The position numbers were made by a program, and so were the translations under genes. A DNA stretch of 64,000 nt from IMG/VR virus record IMGVR_UViG_3300045988_125866; one strand, written 5' to 3'. Below are positions 25,658-33,561 of the stretch, one piece after another. Origin of the DNA: a virus. How positions within the stretch are numbered: the first letter of the stretch is position 1; each line of letters starts with the position of its first letter. The notes beneath the pieces were generated by a model. It did not search any database. It was not told where the DNA came from and saw only the letters and a list, made by a program, of their open reading frames with translations.

Positions 25658-26156
25658 TCTCGTTTTCCTCCTCTTTTTTATCAAACTCCTGACTCAATCT
25701 CTCCAATATCGGCTTCCAATAGCTCGGCAATGCCTTTGCGAACTCAAACCTCAGAATGTAATAAATAACCCTGAATGAGATATTTTTAGGGTATGCCTTA
25801 ATGAGATTTTTAAACGCATTGCATATATACACATAGCAGAATATATACGTGAGCATCTTGATCACAAACAAAGCCTTGCTTCCGTCATTACAACCGACCA
25901 TGATGCCGTATATGACGTAATCAATGGTCAGGTATAGCAACATTTCCAAAATGGCGTTTACGAACTTCGATGCAGAAAAGTTCTTGCACCGCACAACACT
26001 TACACCATCGGCCCTCATTCCGCAGAAGATATTAAAGCCGAAAGCGATTACCAGCGCCAACACGAAACCTTCAGTCGGCGTTGCAAAGGCGAGTATAGCA
26101 GAGAATATTGTCACCGCTATCTGCCGGATTTGGGAAGAATCTAACAAACCTATCAT
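25641..26156 (-). CDS. holin-like multi-pass membrane protein
   Basis: 171 aa with about 4 hydrophobic helices and a charged C-terminus. Immediately upstream of the hydrolase candidate. Confidence 0.45.
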   Translation of the reverse strand: MIGLLDSSQIRQIAVTIFSAILAFATPTEGFVLALVIAFGFNIFCGMRADGVSVVRCKNFSASKFVNAILEMLLYLTIDYVIYGIMVGCNDGSKALFVIKMLTYIFCYVYICNAFKNLIKAYPKNISFRVIYYILRFEFAKALPSYWKPILERLSQEFDKKEEENENGSTN

Positions 26157-26260
26157 AATCGTTATCCTGAATAATTTGTAATAAAAAAAATATAAGTTTC
26201 GGTCTTTTCTGCAAATATAGCAATAAAATCCCGAAACTCAATCAGATAACGATCAAAAAG

Positions 26261-26689
26261 TCAAACTTTTAGGTCATAAAATGGCAATTCTCCGTTAGCG
26301 AGAAACGAAATACACTCATCGAAGATTTTTCTCTCGTAGTCCATAGTGCCTATTTTAGGGAACCACTTCCTTATCTTTTCGTCATTTCTGTTAACCATCT
26401 CTCCCCATAGCACACACCAGTCTGCTATATTGATTTTGTCGTTTTTCACTTCGTGCCAATAGTCTTTTGCTACGTCTTTCGTGTGCAGCTGCCCTATAAG
26501 ACACAGGTGCATATCGGCCATTTCTTCATCATAGTTGCAACAAGACACCTCTCCTTGTATCTGCTTCATCATCTCAAGCATGGCGCTGTTATTCATACCT
26601 ATCTCGCAACTCTCTATCATGATTTGCAGGCAAGCCTTCAACTCTTGCATGTCTTCGCACGACACGACATTCTCAAAAACCTTTTTCAT
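26261..26689 (-). CDS. hypothetical protein
   Basis: 142-aa acidic, Cys-rich ORF. Confidence 0.45.
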   Translation of the reverse strand: MKKVFENVVSCEDMQELKACLQIMIESCEIGMNNSAMLEMMKQIQGEVSCCNYDEEMADMHLCLIGQLHTKDVAKDYWHEVKNDKINIADWCVLWGEMVNRNDEKIRKWFPKIGTMDYERKIFDECISFLANGELPFYDLKV

Positions 26690-26708
26690 TATCTGTTTTT
26701 TTAAATGT

Positions 26709-27209
26709 TTATTTCATAAAATACTCTCTGATATCATATACGCCGTCCTTGTCTTTTAGCAAGTCGACAGCAAGGCTATATGCGTACACCAAAAGATGAT
26801 CATCATCAATGTCGCTCAAACTGTCCTTGCCGAGAATCTTTGCTACGGTTTCTCCATGATCGCTCACCACTTGATTCATGGCCACGTACAAGGCATAGTC
26901 GTTATAGCAAGGGCTGTCTTCTGTGTGTAGATTGTGCTTTTTCATTTCTCCGGACCACACTTGCATATCCCAAGTAGCCTTTGGATCCATTTTCTGAATG
27001 ATGGACAAAGCTTCCTTTTTCGTAAGGTAGTTCTTCCACTTGATGGCACATAGTTTCTCGATATACTCTTGTGCCAGTTCGGGATGCCTGTCCGCCATAT
27101 CCTTCATCATGCAGCGCATGGTATCACCAAACACGCGCATGTATTTCACGTTTGCCGACGTAGCCATTATTCCATATAGCTCATCAAAGTTTTTCATCAA
27201 TTCTTCCAT
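26709..27209 (-). CDS. hypothetical protein
   Basis: 166-aa ORF. Confidence 0.45.
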   Translation of the reverse strand: MEELMKNFDELYGIMATSANVKYMRVFGDTMRCMMKDMADRHPELAQEYIEKLCAIKWKNYLTKKEALSIIQKMDPKATWDMQVWSGEMKKHNLHTEDSPCYNDYALYVAMNQVVSDHGETVAKILGKDSLSDIDDDHLLVYAYSLAVDLLKDKDGVYDIREYFMK

Positions 27210-27216
27210 ATCCGTA

Positions 27217-27648
27217 TTATTCAGTTAATAAATTTTTTAATTCAGCAAAATCGCTCTCTCCAAAACCAATACTCTTCTTGCTCCCGAAAAGAAGTGTCGT
27301 GAAGATATTGTCGGGTAGGTCAATATACAGAGTTCCGCCATCAATCCTACCGCTTATGAATCCAATCTCAAAGCTATAGTTGTCAATGGTTTTTAGCATC
27401 TGCATGGCATCGTCAAAGATGGTATCTACATTAATATCACCATTCTCGTCACCGATAAACAATGCTGCATTATCAATAGTTTTACCTAACTTCTCCTTGT
27501 TGATGGATATGATATTGTGCGCCGCACGTTTCATGTAGACGGAAGGAATTGCCAATGCAGGGTTCTCCTTCACCATGTCACTTATTCTTGCGTCTGCCCA
27601 CAGGTCTAACGATGTAAGCAGCTTCTCTTTAAGTTCCGTTATGTTCAT
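27217..27648 (-). CDS. hypothetical protein
   Basis: 143-aa ORF with ATGA-type overlap with the upstream gene. Confidence 0.45.
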   Translation of the reverse strand: MNITELKEKLLTSLDLWADARISDMVKENPALAIPSVYMKRAAHNIISINKEKLGKTIDNAALFIGDENGDINVDTIFDDAMQMLKTIDNYSFEIGFISGRIDGGTLYIDLPDNIFTTLLFGSKKSIGFGESDFAELKNLLTE

Positions 27649-28139
27649 TTCTTAACTCCTCCTTTCTTTGTTTTGTTGTACCATACGAGGTATTCTTGCC
27701 AAGTTTTGTCGCTGTGGTTAGTCATATAATCGTTGAGCATGGCAGATTTCTGCTCCTCTGCTTGTGCTACTTCTTTTCTCAGTCTTTGCATCAAGGACAA
27801 GTGTTTCTTCAATGCCTCCTGTCCTTGCTGAGTGCTTTCGATACGAGGGCGTATGATACGCAACTCCTCATCTTGCACTAACTTAGACACATATTGCAAG
27901 CTATTGACGTATTCTTGGTTTTGCATCAAGTACTGACGTTGTGCGCCCGTAAGATTGTCCTCTATCTTGTCTATCTCATCCCAAAGTGGTGTGGAAGACT
28001 GCTGCGCTTGCATGTTGATAGATGCTCGCTTCTGCTGTATTGCCTCATACATCTTCTGTAGCTCTGCATCCAACACCTGAGGCTGCTGTTGCTGACTTGT
28101 GCCCATATCAAGCAAAGGGCTGTTTCCAAAATTCATCAT
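27645..28139 (-). CDS. hypothetical coiled-coil protein
   Basis: The ORF extends to 28208; the MMNFGNSPLL start is preferred. Gln-rich helical sequence. Confidence 0.4.
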   Translation of the reverse strand: MMNFGNSPLLDMGTSQQQQPQVLDAELQKMYEAIQQKRASINMQAQQSSTPLWDEIDKIEDNLTGAQRQYLMQNQEYVNSLQYVSKLVQDEELRIIRPRIESTQQGQEALKKHLSLMQRLRKEVAQAEEQKSAMLNDYMTNHSDKTWQEYLVWYNKTKKGGVKK

Positions 28140-28262
28140 AATCAATATCTTTAAGTTGGTGATATATTTTAGAGAGGTGAGAGGGCATCCACCAACGAGG
28201 GCAAACACCCCTCACCAACTCATTTCTTTTTAGTCCTTTTTACAGACTTCCTTGCTGCTCTG

Positions 28263-28994
28263 TTACGCTCCTGTAGTGGGAGTTGAGGGAGTGGAGGGAG
28301 TGGAGGGAGTGGCACAGTTACAGCCGTAGCTGCCGTAACCAGAAACTACTGGCGTAGATGGGAGTACCAACTGACCACGAAGACAGTTACATGTCTTCTC
28401 GTTCACGTAAGCCATCATCAGCTTCTCCTTGTAAGGAGTAAGAGCTTCCATTACGGCCACCTTCTTGTCAAGGTCGCAATACTTTGCTTGCAACGCATCG
28501 TACTGGTCTCTCTGATTCTTGTACAGACCGAAGTCCGCATCAATCTGAGACTTGTACAGACCGAACTCAGCCTGCATTGCACGGCGGTTCTCAGCGTTGA
28601 TAGCATCTGTAGCACCCTTGTACATAGAGAACTTCTCAGCGATGTCTGTCTCGCGCATAGCGTAGAACTTATTATCAGTGTCGAGCTTCAAGCCGAACAT
28701 GTCGGTAAGCAACTTCACCTCATCAGCGCATTCCTTCTCCATTACCTGCAATGCGGTTGGCTGATTTGAGCTTGAGTTAGCTCCGTAAGTGTTGATGTTT
28801 ACGTTCTCAGGCATATTGCTGCCACCGAGAGAGCCGAATATACCACGACCATTGCCGTTGAGCAAAGCTAAAGCCAAGCCACCGATACCAATGCCAAGTG
28901 CGGTTCCTGCCAGACCCTTGCTGGCATACTCATCGTGCTTCTTTCCCTCTTCGTAGATTTTCTTCTCTACGACCTTTGCATCTGTCATTTCCAT
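28263..28994 (-). CDS. hypothetical membrane-associated protein with PST-repeat tail
   Basis: Gly-rich hydrophobic segment GLAGTALGIGIGGLALALL, internal duplication FGLYKSQIDADFGLYKNQRD, and C-terminus PSTPSTPSTPTTGA. A minus-strand TACCTTTG box lies upstream. Confidence 0.45.
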   Translation of the reverse strand: MEMTDAKVVEKKIYEEGKKHDEYASKGLAGTALGIGIGGLALALLNGNGRGIFGSLGGSNMPENVNINTYGANSSSNQPTALQVMEKECADEVKLLTDMFGLKLDTDNKFYAMRETDIAEKFSMYKGATDAINAENRRAMQAEFGLYKSQIDADFGLYKNQRDQYDALQAKYCDLDKKVAVMEALTPYKEKLMMAYVNEKTCNCLRGQLVLPSTPVVSGYGSYGCNCATPSTPSTPSTPTTGA

Positions 28995-29246
28995 AATACA
29001 ATCTTTTGAAATCCTTAATATTAACTAACACTATTGTAACGTTACGATGCAAAGGTACAGCGAATTAATAAGAACAAATATAACTCTATCACACTTTCTT
29101 TTATTGGTTGATTATCAGTGTTTTAAGGTGATAGTAGGTAATATCATTTTGAGCTAATATAGGGGGAATAAAAATCTTTTCCAATCTTGCAAACATTGGA
29201 AAGGATTGAAAACAAAAAGAGAGGCAATCACTTACCTCTCTTTAGC

Positions 29247-29453
29247 TTATAAGAAACAATTAAAATACAGATACAGTCCAACTCCGAGCCACATTGTCAA
29301 TATCATAGTTGACATCGTTACCCAAGCCAGGAAGAACTTATCGACCTTCTCGTACTCATGCGTAATGTATAGGTATGCAATGAACGTGCAATTAATGACG
29401 ACTATCATTGCTACTATAATCAAAGTCTGAAACACAAAGTCCATAATACTCAT
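29247..29453 (-). CDS. small two-helix membrane protein
   Basis: 68 aa and strongly hydrophobic. Followed on the minus strand by the hairpin AGAGAGG/CCTCTCT plus a T-run. Confidence 0.45.
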   Translation of the reverse strand: MSIMDFVFQTLIIVAMIVVINCTFIAYLYITHEYEKVDKFFLAWVTMSTMILTMWLGVGLYLYFNCFL

Positions 29454-29493
29454 ACATACTCGCTTATCCGTGATGCGATAGGGCTTTCATACG

Positions 29494-29865
29494 TTATAAT
29501 TTTCTCTTACTCTTAATGTAGTGCAGAATATCCCACTTCTTAAAATATCGGGTGTGACCTCGTTTCTTGCACTCGCCATTCGGAATATCACCCCTTGCCA
29601 CCATTCTATTAAGGGTAGCATCAGAAACGTGCAGTTTCTCCTTGACTTCCTCGGTGCTCATCATCGGGTTGAGCATATCAGGAATAATATCACACAGTCT
29701 ATCCAGGTCCTCATCGCTCATCCCGCAAGCGGTAATCTTTTCACCATTTCGCTGCTGCTCGTCTGCCTTAAAGCAAGCGTCACTCAGCGACTTCAAAGCC
29801 GTGCCGAGCAACTTATAATTTAGTATCTTTCCCATATTACCTTTGTTTTTACGAAAAATTCTCAA
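29494..29865 (-). CDS. HTH (excisionase-type) DNA-binding protein
   Basis: The C-terminus LHVSDATLNRMVARGDIPNGECKKRGHTRYFKKWDILHYI is HTH_17-like. Confidence 0.45.
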   Translation of the reverse strand: MRIFRKNKGNMGKILNYKLLGTALKSLSDACFKADEQQRNGEKITACGMSDEDLDRLCDIIPDMLNPMMSTEEVKEKLHVSDATLNRMVARGDIPNGECKKRGHTRYFKKWDILHYIKSKRKL

Positions 29866-29874
29866 AAATCGCCT

Positions 29875-30381
29875 TTATGCGCAGATTTTACGTCCTAATT
29901 TGGTTCGACTAATGAACATATCAAAAAATCCGTATATATAAAACATTGCCGTTACTATCATGACAGTAAAACACGAATCAATCATATCTTGAGTTGTGTA
30001 CCAACTCCACTCTACAATATGGGCAGCGTTGATACCGAAGAAGTAGAAAAATGGTATTCTATATCTCCAACAAAGGAAAAAGAATCGGCTTGCTAATATC
30101 AAAACCATAGGTAAAATATAAACCATAAAATAGATGAATAAATAGCAGGGAAAATTCTCATTATTAGTTATGAACATTTCCCTTGGATGCTGACTAAAAT
30201 CCCACATTCCATAAGCGTGTAAGCACATAATAATTATTGGAACGTACTTACAGAACCAGCAAAAGAATTTCAGAATCCTTCTGCTATACCGATTTCCGTG
30301 CTTCATCAGCAAGTTCATCACTTCACTTACGTCTTTGTCTTGCAACCACCTTAATAAGTCGCCTTCGTCTTCTTTATTCAT
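29875..30381 (-). CDS. multi-pass membrane protein
   Basis: 168 aa with 4-5 hydrophobic helices. A minus-strand TAACTTTG box lies at 30417-30424. Confidence 0.5.
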   Translation of the reverse strand: MNKEDEGDLLRWLQDKDVSEVMNLLMKHGNRYSRRILKFFCWFCKYVPIIIMCLHAYGMWDFSQHPREMFITNNENFPCYLFIYFMVYILPMVLILASRFFFLCWRYRIPFFYFFGINAAHIVEWSWYTTQDMIDSCFTVMIVTAMFYIYGFFDMFISRTKLGRKICA

Positions 30382-30403
30382 AATTTTCGGTTTTAAGATT
30401 CAA

Positions 30404-30493
30404 AATAAGATGGTTGCAAAGTTACATTTCTGTTGTAATAACGCAAGAAAAATGTCAGATTGCTATTGTTAAACTTTGCTAAACCATCTTATT
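30404..30493. repeat. long imperfect inverted repeat / extended hairpin
   Basis: aataagatggttgcaaagtt (30404-30423) pairs with aactttgc-ta-aaccatcttatt (30472-30493), giving 20 bp with one 2-nt bulge and a 48-nt spacer. Confidence 0.8.
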
Positions 30494-30517
30494 GTTACCA
30501 ATAACGGCGTTTTACTA

Positions 30518-31042
30518 TCAATTTGTTATCCAGTACGTCACGAATACGTCCAGAAACCCTGCAACCTCTGCCATATACCACACAGGCTTATATCCTTCGT
30601 CATCGTCCGAACAGCTTACGAGTAGCAGATAGATAAGAGCTATTACAGCCGTTGGTACCCAGCACACCGACAGACACCAGCCTACACACCCTGCCGCAGC
30701 TATAAGCGCACCTCCTTTGTGAATAGGGTAGGCATCAGCATCGAGATAGTTGGGTGCTGCACCTACAAACATCAGTCCTGCGCAACCTATGAAGGCGAGA
30801 CACTGTATGCCCTTACCTATGGTGAGCATACATATCATCATCAGTACCGCACACGTAACCATTACTGCCGTGAATAGCCAACCATAATTCCGTTTGCGGT
30901 TGTCTCCGATGATTTCACTACCAGTACAACCCTGTAGCTGATAGTACACGTCACTCACCATAGCTGGCACACCGAAGCGCATAGCTGATAACAACAGAAA
31001 TCCTCCAAGCAAGAGGAATGAAATCAATGAAAATATCCACAT
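30518..31042 (-). CDS. multi-pass membrane protein
   Basis: 174 aa with about 5 hydrophobic helices. Confidence 0.5.
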   Translation of the reverse strand: MWIFSLISFLLLGGFLLLSAMRFGVPAMVSDVYYQLQGCTGSEIIGDNRKRNYGWLFTAVMVTCAVLMMICMLTIGKGIQCLAFIGCAGLMFVGAAPNYLDADAYPIHKGGALIAAAGCVGWCLSVCWVPTAVIALIYLLLVSCSDDDEGYKPVWYMAEVAGFLDVFVTYWITN

Positions 31043-31064
31043 AATACTTAACTTTTTAATCGTT

Positions 31065-31658
31065 CTACAACTTCATTTCGAGTTGCTTTGGATAGTCGGC
31101 AGTCACATCGAATGCCTCTACCTCTTTGATGGTCTTCAGCTCAGCCACGTCAGCCTTGTGCTTGGCAGTGACATTGAAGCATTCCAGGGCATACATTTCC
31201 AGCGCACTCAGCAACTGGATAGCCTTATCACAATCCACCTCCAGCTTAACGTCTCCAAGCCAAAGCGTAGTAGTCTGCTGACCTGCTGCCTTGGCGATGG
31301 TGGTGGAGTTCATCAAACCCACTCTCGTAGCCTTGTCAAGCCAAACGGTCATACCATTCAATACAAAGCCATTGACCTTGCTAGAGGTATCATAAGCCTC
31401 AATCTCAGCAACCTTTGAGCGGATGCTATAGGCTAGCTCGGATGCATCGTGCTTGGTTTTCCAAGTCTCGTATTCAGCCTTAACCTCGTCGGCATTGTAA
31501 TCAGTTACTGACACGGAGCATTCCACACACTCGTAGGCACCCATGCCTTCCTTTTCGGCTGGGTCGAAATGGATAAGGTAGATACCACCTTCTACTTCCT
31601 CTTTTTCTTTGTAATCGCTCTTGGCGATAATAGTCTTAACAAATGAAATCTTGCTCAT
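31065..31658 (-). CDS. DUF4376-like protein (tail-fibre-associated family)
   Basis: The C-terminal half GFVLNGMTVWLDKATRVGLMNS .. AIQLLSALEMYALECFNVTAKHK resembles DUF4376. Confidence 0.45.
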   Translation of the reverse strand: MSKISFVKTIIAKSDYKEKEEVEGGIYLIHFDPAEKEGMGAYECVECSVSVTDYNADEVKAEYETWKTKHDASELAYSIRSKVAEIEAYDTSSKVNGFVLNGMTVWLDKATRVGLMNSTTIAKAAGQQTTTLWLGDVKLEVDCDKAIQLLSALEMYALECFNVTAKHKADVAELKTIKEVEAFDVTADYPKQLEMKL

Positions 31659-31666
31659 ATTTATAC

Positions 31667-32875
31667 TTATTTATGATTGTTTCTGATACATATCTTCCGC
31701 ATATTTTGGCAATAGACAACATCCTTGTGCCGCATCATATTCCAAGCCTGCCATCTGATAGCGTAGGTATCACGACGAATCATCAGCCCTAGAAGGGAAT
31801 TACATCTACAAGCAAATACCATTGCATCCTTGCTAGTAGGTTCATCTATCTCGTTCCACCACTTTATCAGTCCAAACAGATGGTCTCTTGTTCGGTTGAT
31901 GGTATAGCACCTATGCGGCTTAATGATTGCGCCTGTCATTTGCACACCCTTCTTAGCCTCTTGGAGATAGACCTTATCAGGATGGAGAGTAAGCCCTAGA
32001 TTTACCTTTAGCCATTTTCTTGCATCCTCCAAGGTATCTAGCAGCAATCGCTTGTCACGACTTATGCAGACAAAATCATCAACATACCTTCCATAGCCCG
32101 AACCATCGCCCATCCTAGCCATTATCCACTTGTCGAAGATGCCCATCAGCAGATTGGCGAGTATCTGACTAGGTAAATTGCCAATCGGTAATCCCTTGCC
32201 TTTCTCGTTCGTGAATAACGACTTATTCTTAGGCAGCTTGGCAAAGAGCGACAAATCTCCAACCTTGATGCAATTTTTGGTAGGGTCGTGGAGGACGACT
32301 TTCTTCCATAACCATAACCAAAACTCTATATCGTTCTCGTGATACTCCTTTCGGATAATGTCCCCTACGATGTTATAGAGTCGTTGGCGGTTAATGCTCA
32401 TAAAGAAGCCACTTAGGTCACACCTCAATATCCAGGCCTCCAAGGCATAATCTCCACTGATAGCCTCTATCTGACCTATAAGATGATTGATACCATAATC
32501 AACACCCTTACCCTTGCGACAAGCATAGGCGTTATCGGTCATATATTGCTCGAAGATAGACAAGAACTTGATAGCTAATATGTGATGTACTATTCTGTCC
32601 TTGAAGGTAGCACACCATACTTCCCGAAGCTTCGGGCGAGTGACACAGAAAGCCTTGCTCTGACCTATCTCGTAGGTCATACTATTCAGCTCCAGATATA
32701 GCTGGTAGTTATTGGTGAGGAAGTTCATCTTATACTCGATGCAACCCCAAGTACTGCCCTTATGCTTGCAGCAGTCTCGAAAGCCTTCATCTACAAGTTC
32801 TATCGGCACATATTCCCTCGCTATGTCGGTAGTCGTATTCTCTTCATAATCGGTCATTATATCAAATTTAAGCAT
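31667..32875 (-). CDS. DGR reverse transcriptase
   Basis: 402 aa with FKDRIVHH, SGFFMSI, GLPIGNLPSQILANL and YGRYVDDFVCIS motifs. Begins 31 nt downstream of the template repeat. Confidence 0.9.
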   Translation of the reverse strand: MLKFDIMTDYEENTTTDIAREYVPIELVDEGFRDCCKHKGSTWGCIEYKMNFLTNNYQLYLELNSMTYEIGQSKAFCVTRPKLREVWCATFKDRIVHHILAIKFLSIFEQYMTDNAYACRKGKGVDYGINHLIGQIEAISGDYALEAWILRCDLSGFFMSINRQRLYNIVGDIIRKEYHENDIEFWLWLWKKVVLHDPTKNCIKVGDLSLFAKLPKNKSLFTNEKGKGLPIGNLPSQILANLLMGIFDKWIMARMGDGSGYGRYVDDFVCISRDKRLLLDTLEDARKWLKVNLGLTLHPDKVYLQEAKKGVQMTGAIIKPHRCYTINRTRDHLFGLIKWWNEIDEPTSKDAMVFACRCNSLLGLMIRRDTYAIRWQAWNMMRHKDVVYCQNMRKICIRNNHK

Positions 32876-32906
32876 ACAGAAAATCTTATCGTCACTAAGT
32901 GATAAT

Positions 32907-32997
32907 CGAAAACTGGCAGGACATAGTAGCTATTGTTCTTGTTGTTGTTGTTCGCCTGAGAATTGTAGTACCAAGCGTTCGTGGCATTGTTCTGCGT
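32907..32997 (-). repeat. DGR template repeat (TR)
   Basis: 91 bp aligning without gaps to 33570-33660 (80/91 identical). The sense strand is rich in AAC/AAT codons (AAC AAC AAC AAC AAG AAC AAT). Confidence 0.9.
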
Positions 32998-33087
32998 TTA
33001 CGGCTTCACTGACTTATTCCTAGCAACTCCATCCCTCAGAGGATGGCTGATTGCGGAAGCCCCTTGTCACATTTAGTGACGGCTCTC

Positions 33088-33468
33088 TTACCTTGCCGTA
33101 GCTCGGTAACTCTCACCTTTGCGATTCCTTGTCGATTTCAGCCAGCCATATCCCTCTTGCAATACCTTGTCAACTACATAGTTTAGGTTGGTTGCCGCCT
33201 TCACGCTCAAAAACTGCGCTTCGGCAAAGAGGGTGATTCTAGACTTGACCTCTGATAGACAAAGGATGAACTCGTTCAGATTGCGCTCACGGTCTTCAAA
33301 GGATGAGTTAATCCTTCTCACCAAGTCCAAGGCTGTGCAAGCCTTGCTTATCGCTACCTCGAACTGTCCGTACCTCACTATCTTGCTAATAGTCTTAGAA
33401 TAGTTCAATAGTAGCTTGCACAAGGTGAACGTGTCCTTGTATATCTGTAGATTCTCTGTATATGCCAT
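33088..33468 (-). CDS. avd: Avd-like accessory variability determinant (helical bundle, basic)
   Basis: 126-aa helical ORF positioned between the target gene and TR, as in BPP-1-type DGRs. Confidence 0.7.
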   Translation of the reverse strand: MAYTENLQIYKDTFTLCKLLLNYSKTISKIVRYGQFEVAISKACTALDLVRRINSSFEDRERNLNEFILCLSEVKSRITLFAEAQFLSVKAATNLNYVVDKVLQEGYGWLKSTRNRKGESYRATAR

Positions 33469-33561
33469 GGTTATTTATTCTAAAAATTGCATACTTGCTT
33501 GCTTATCTTGCTTGCCACCTCCCTTCCGTGGAAGAGATAAAGAGGCAAAGAGATAAAGAGG

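Noticed and set aside
30404-30493. Classifying the 20-bp inverted repeat as a bona fide invertible promoter
   Set aside because: The 48-nt spacer is much shorter than known Bacteroidota invertons, and no dedicated invertase is adjacent. An RNA hairpin or protein-binding palindrome is more parsimonious, so it is reported only as an observation.
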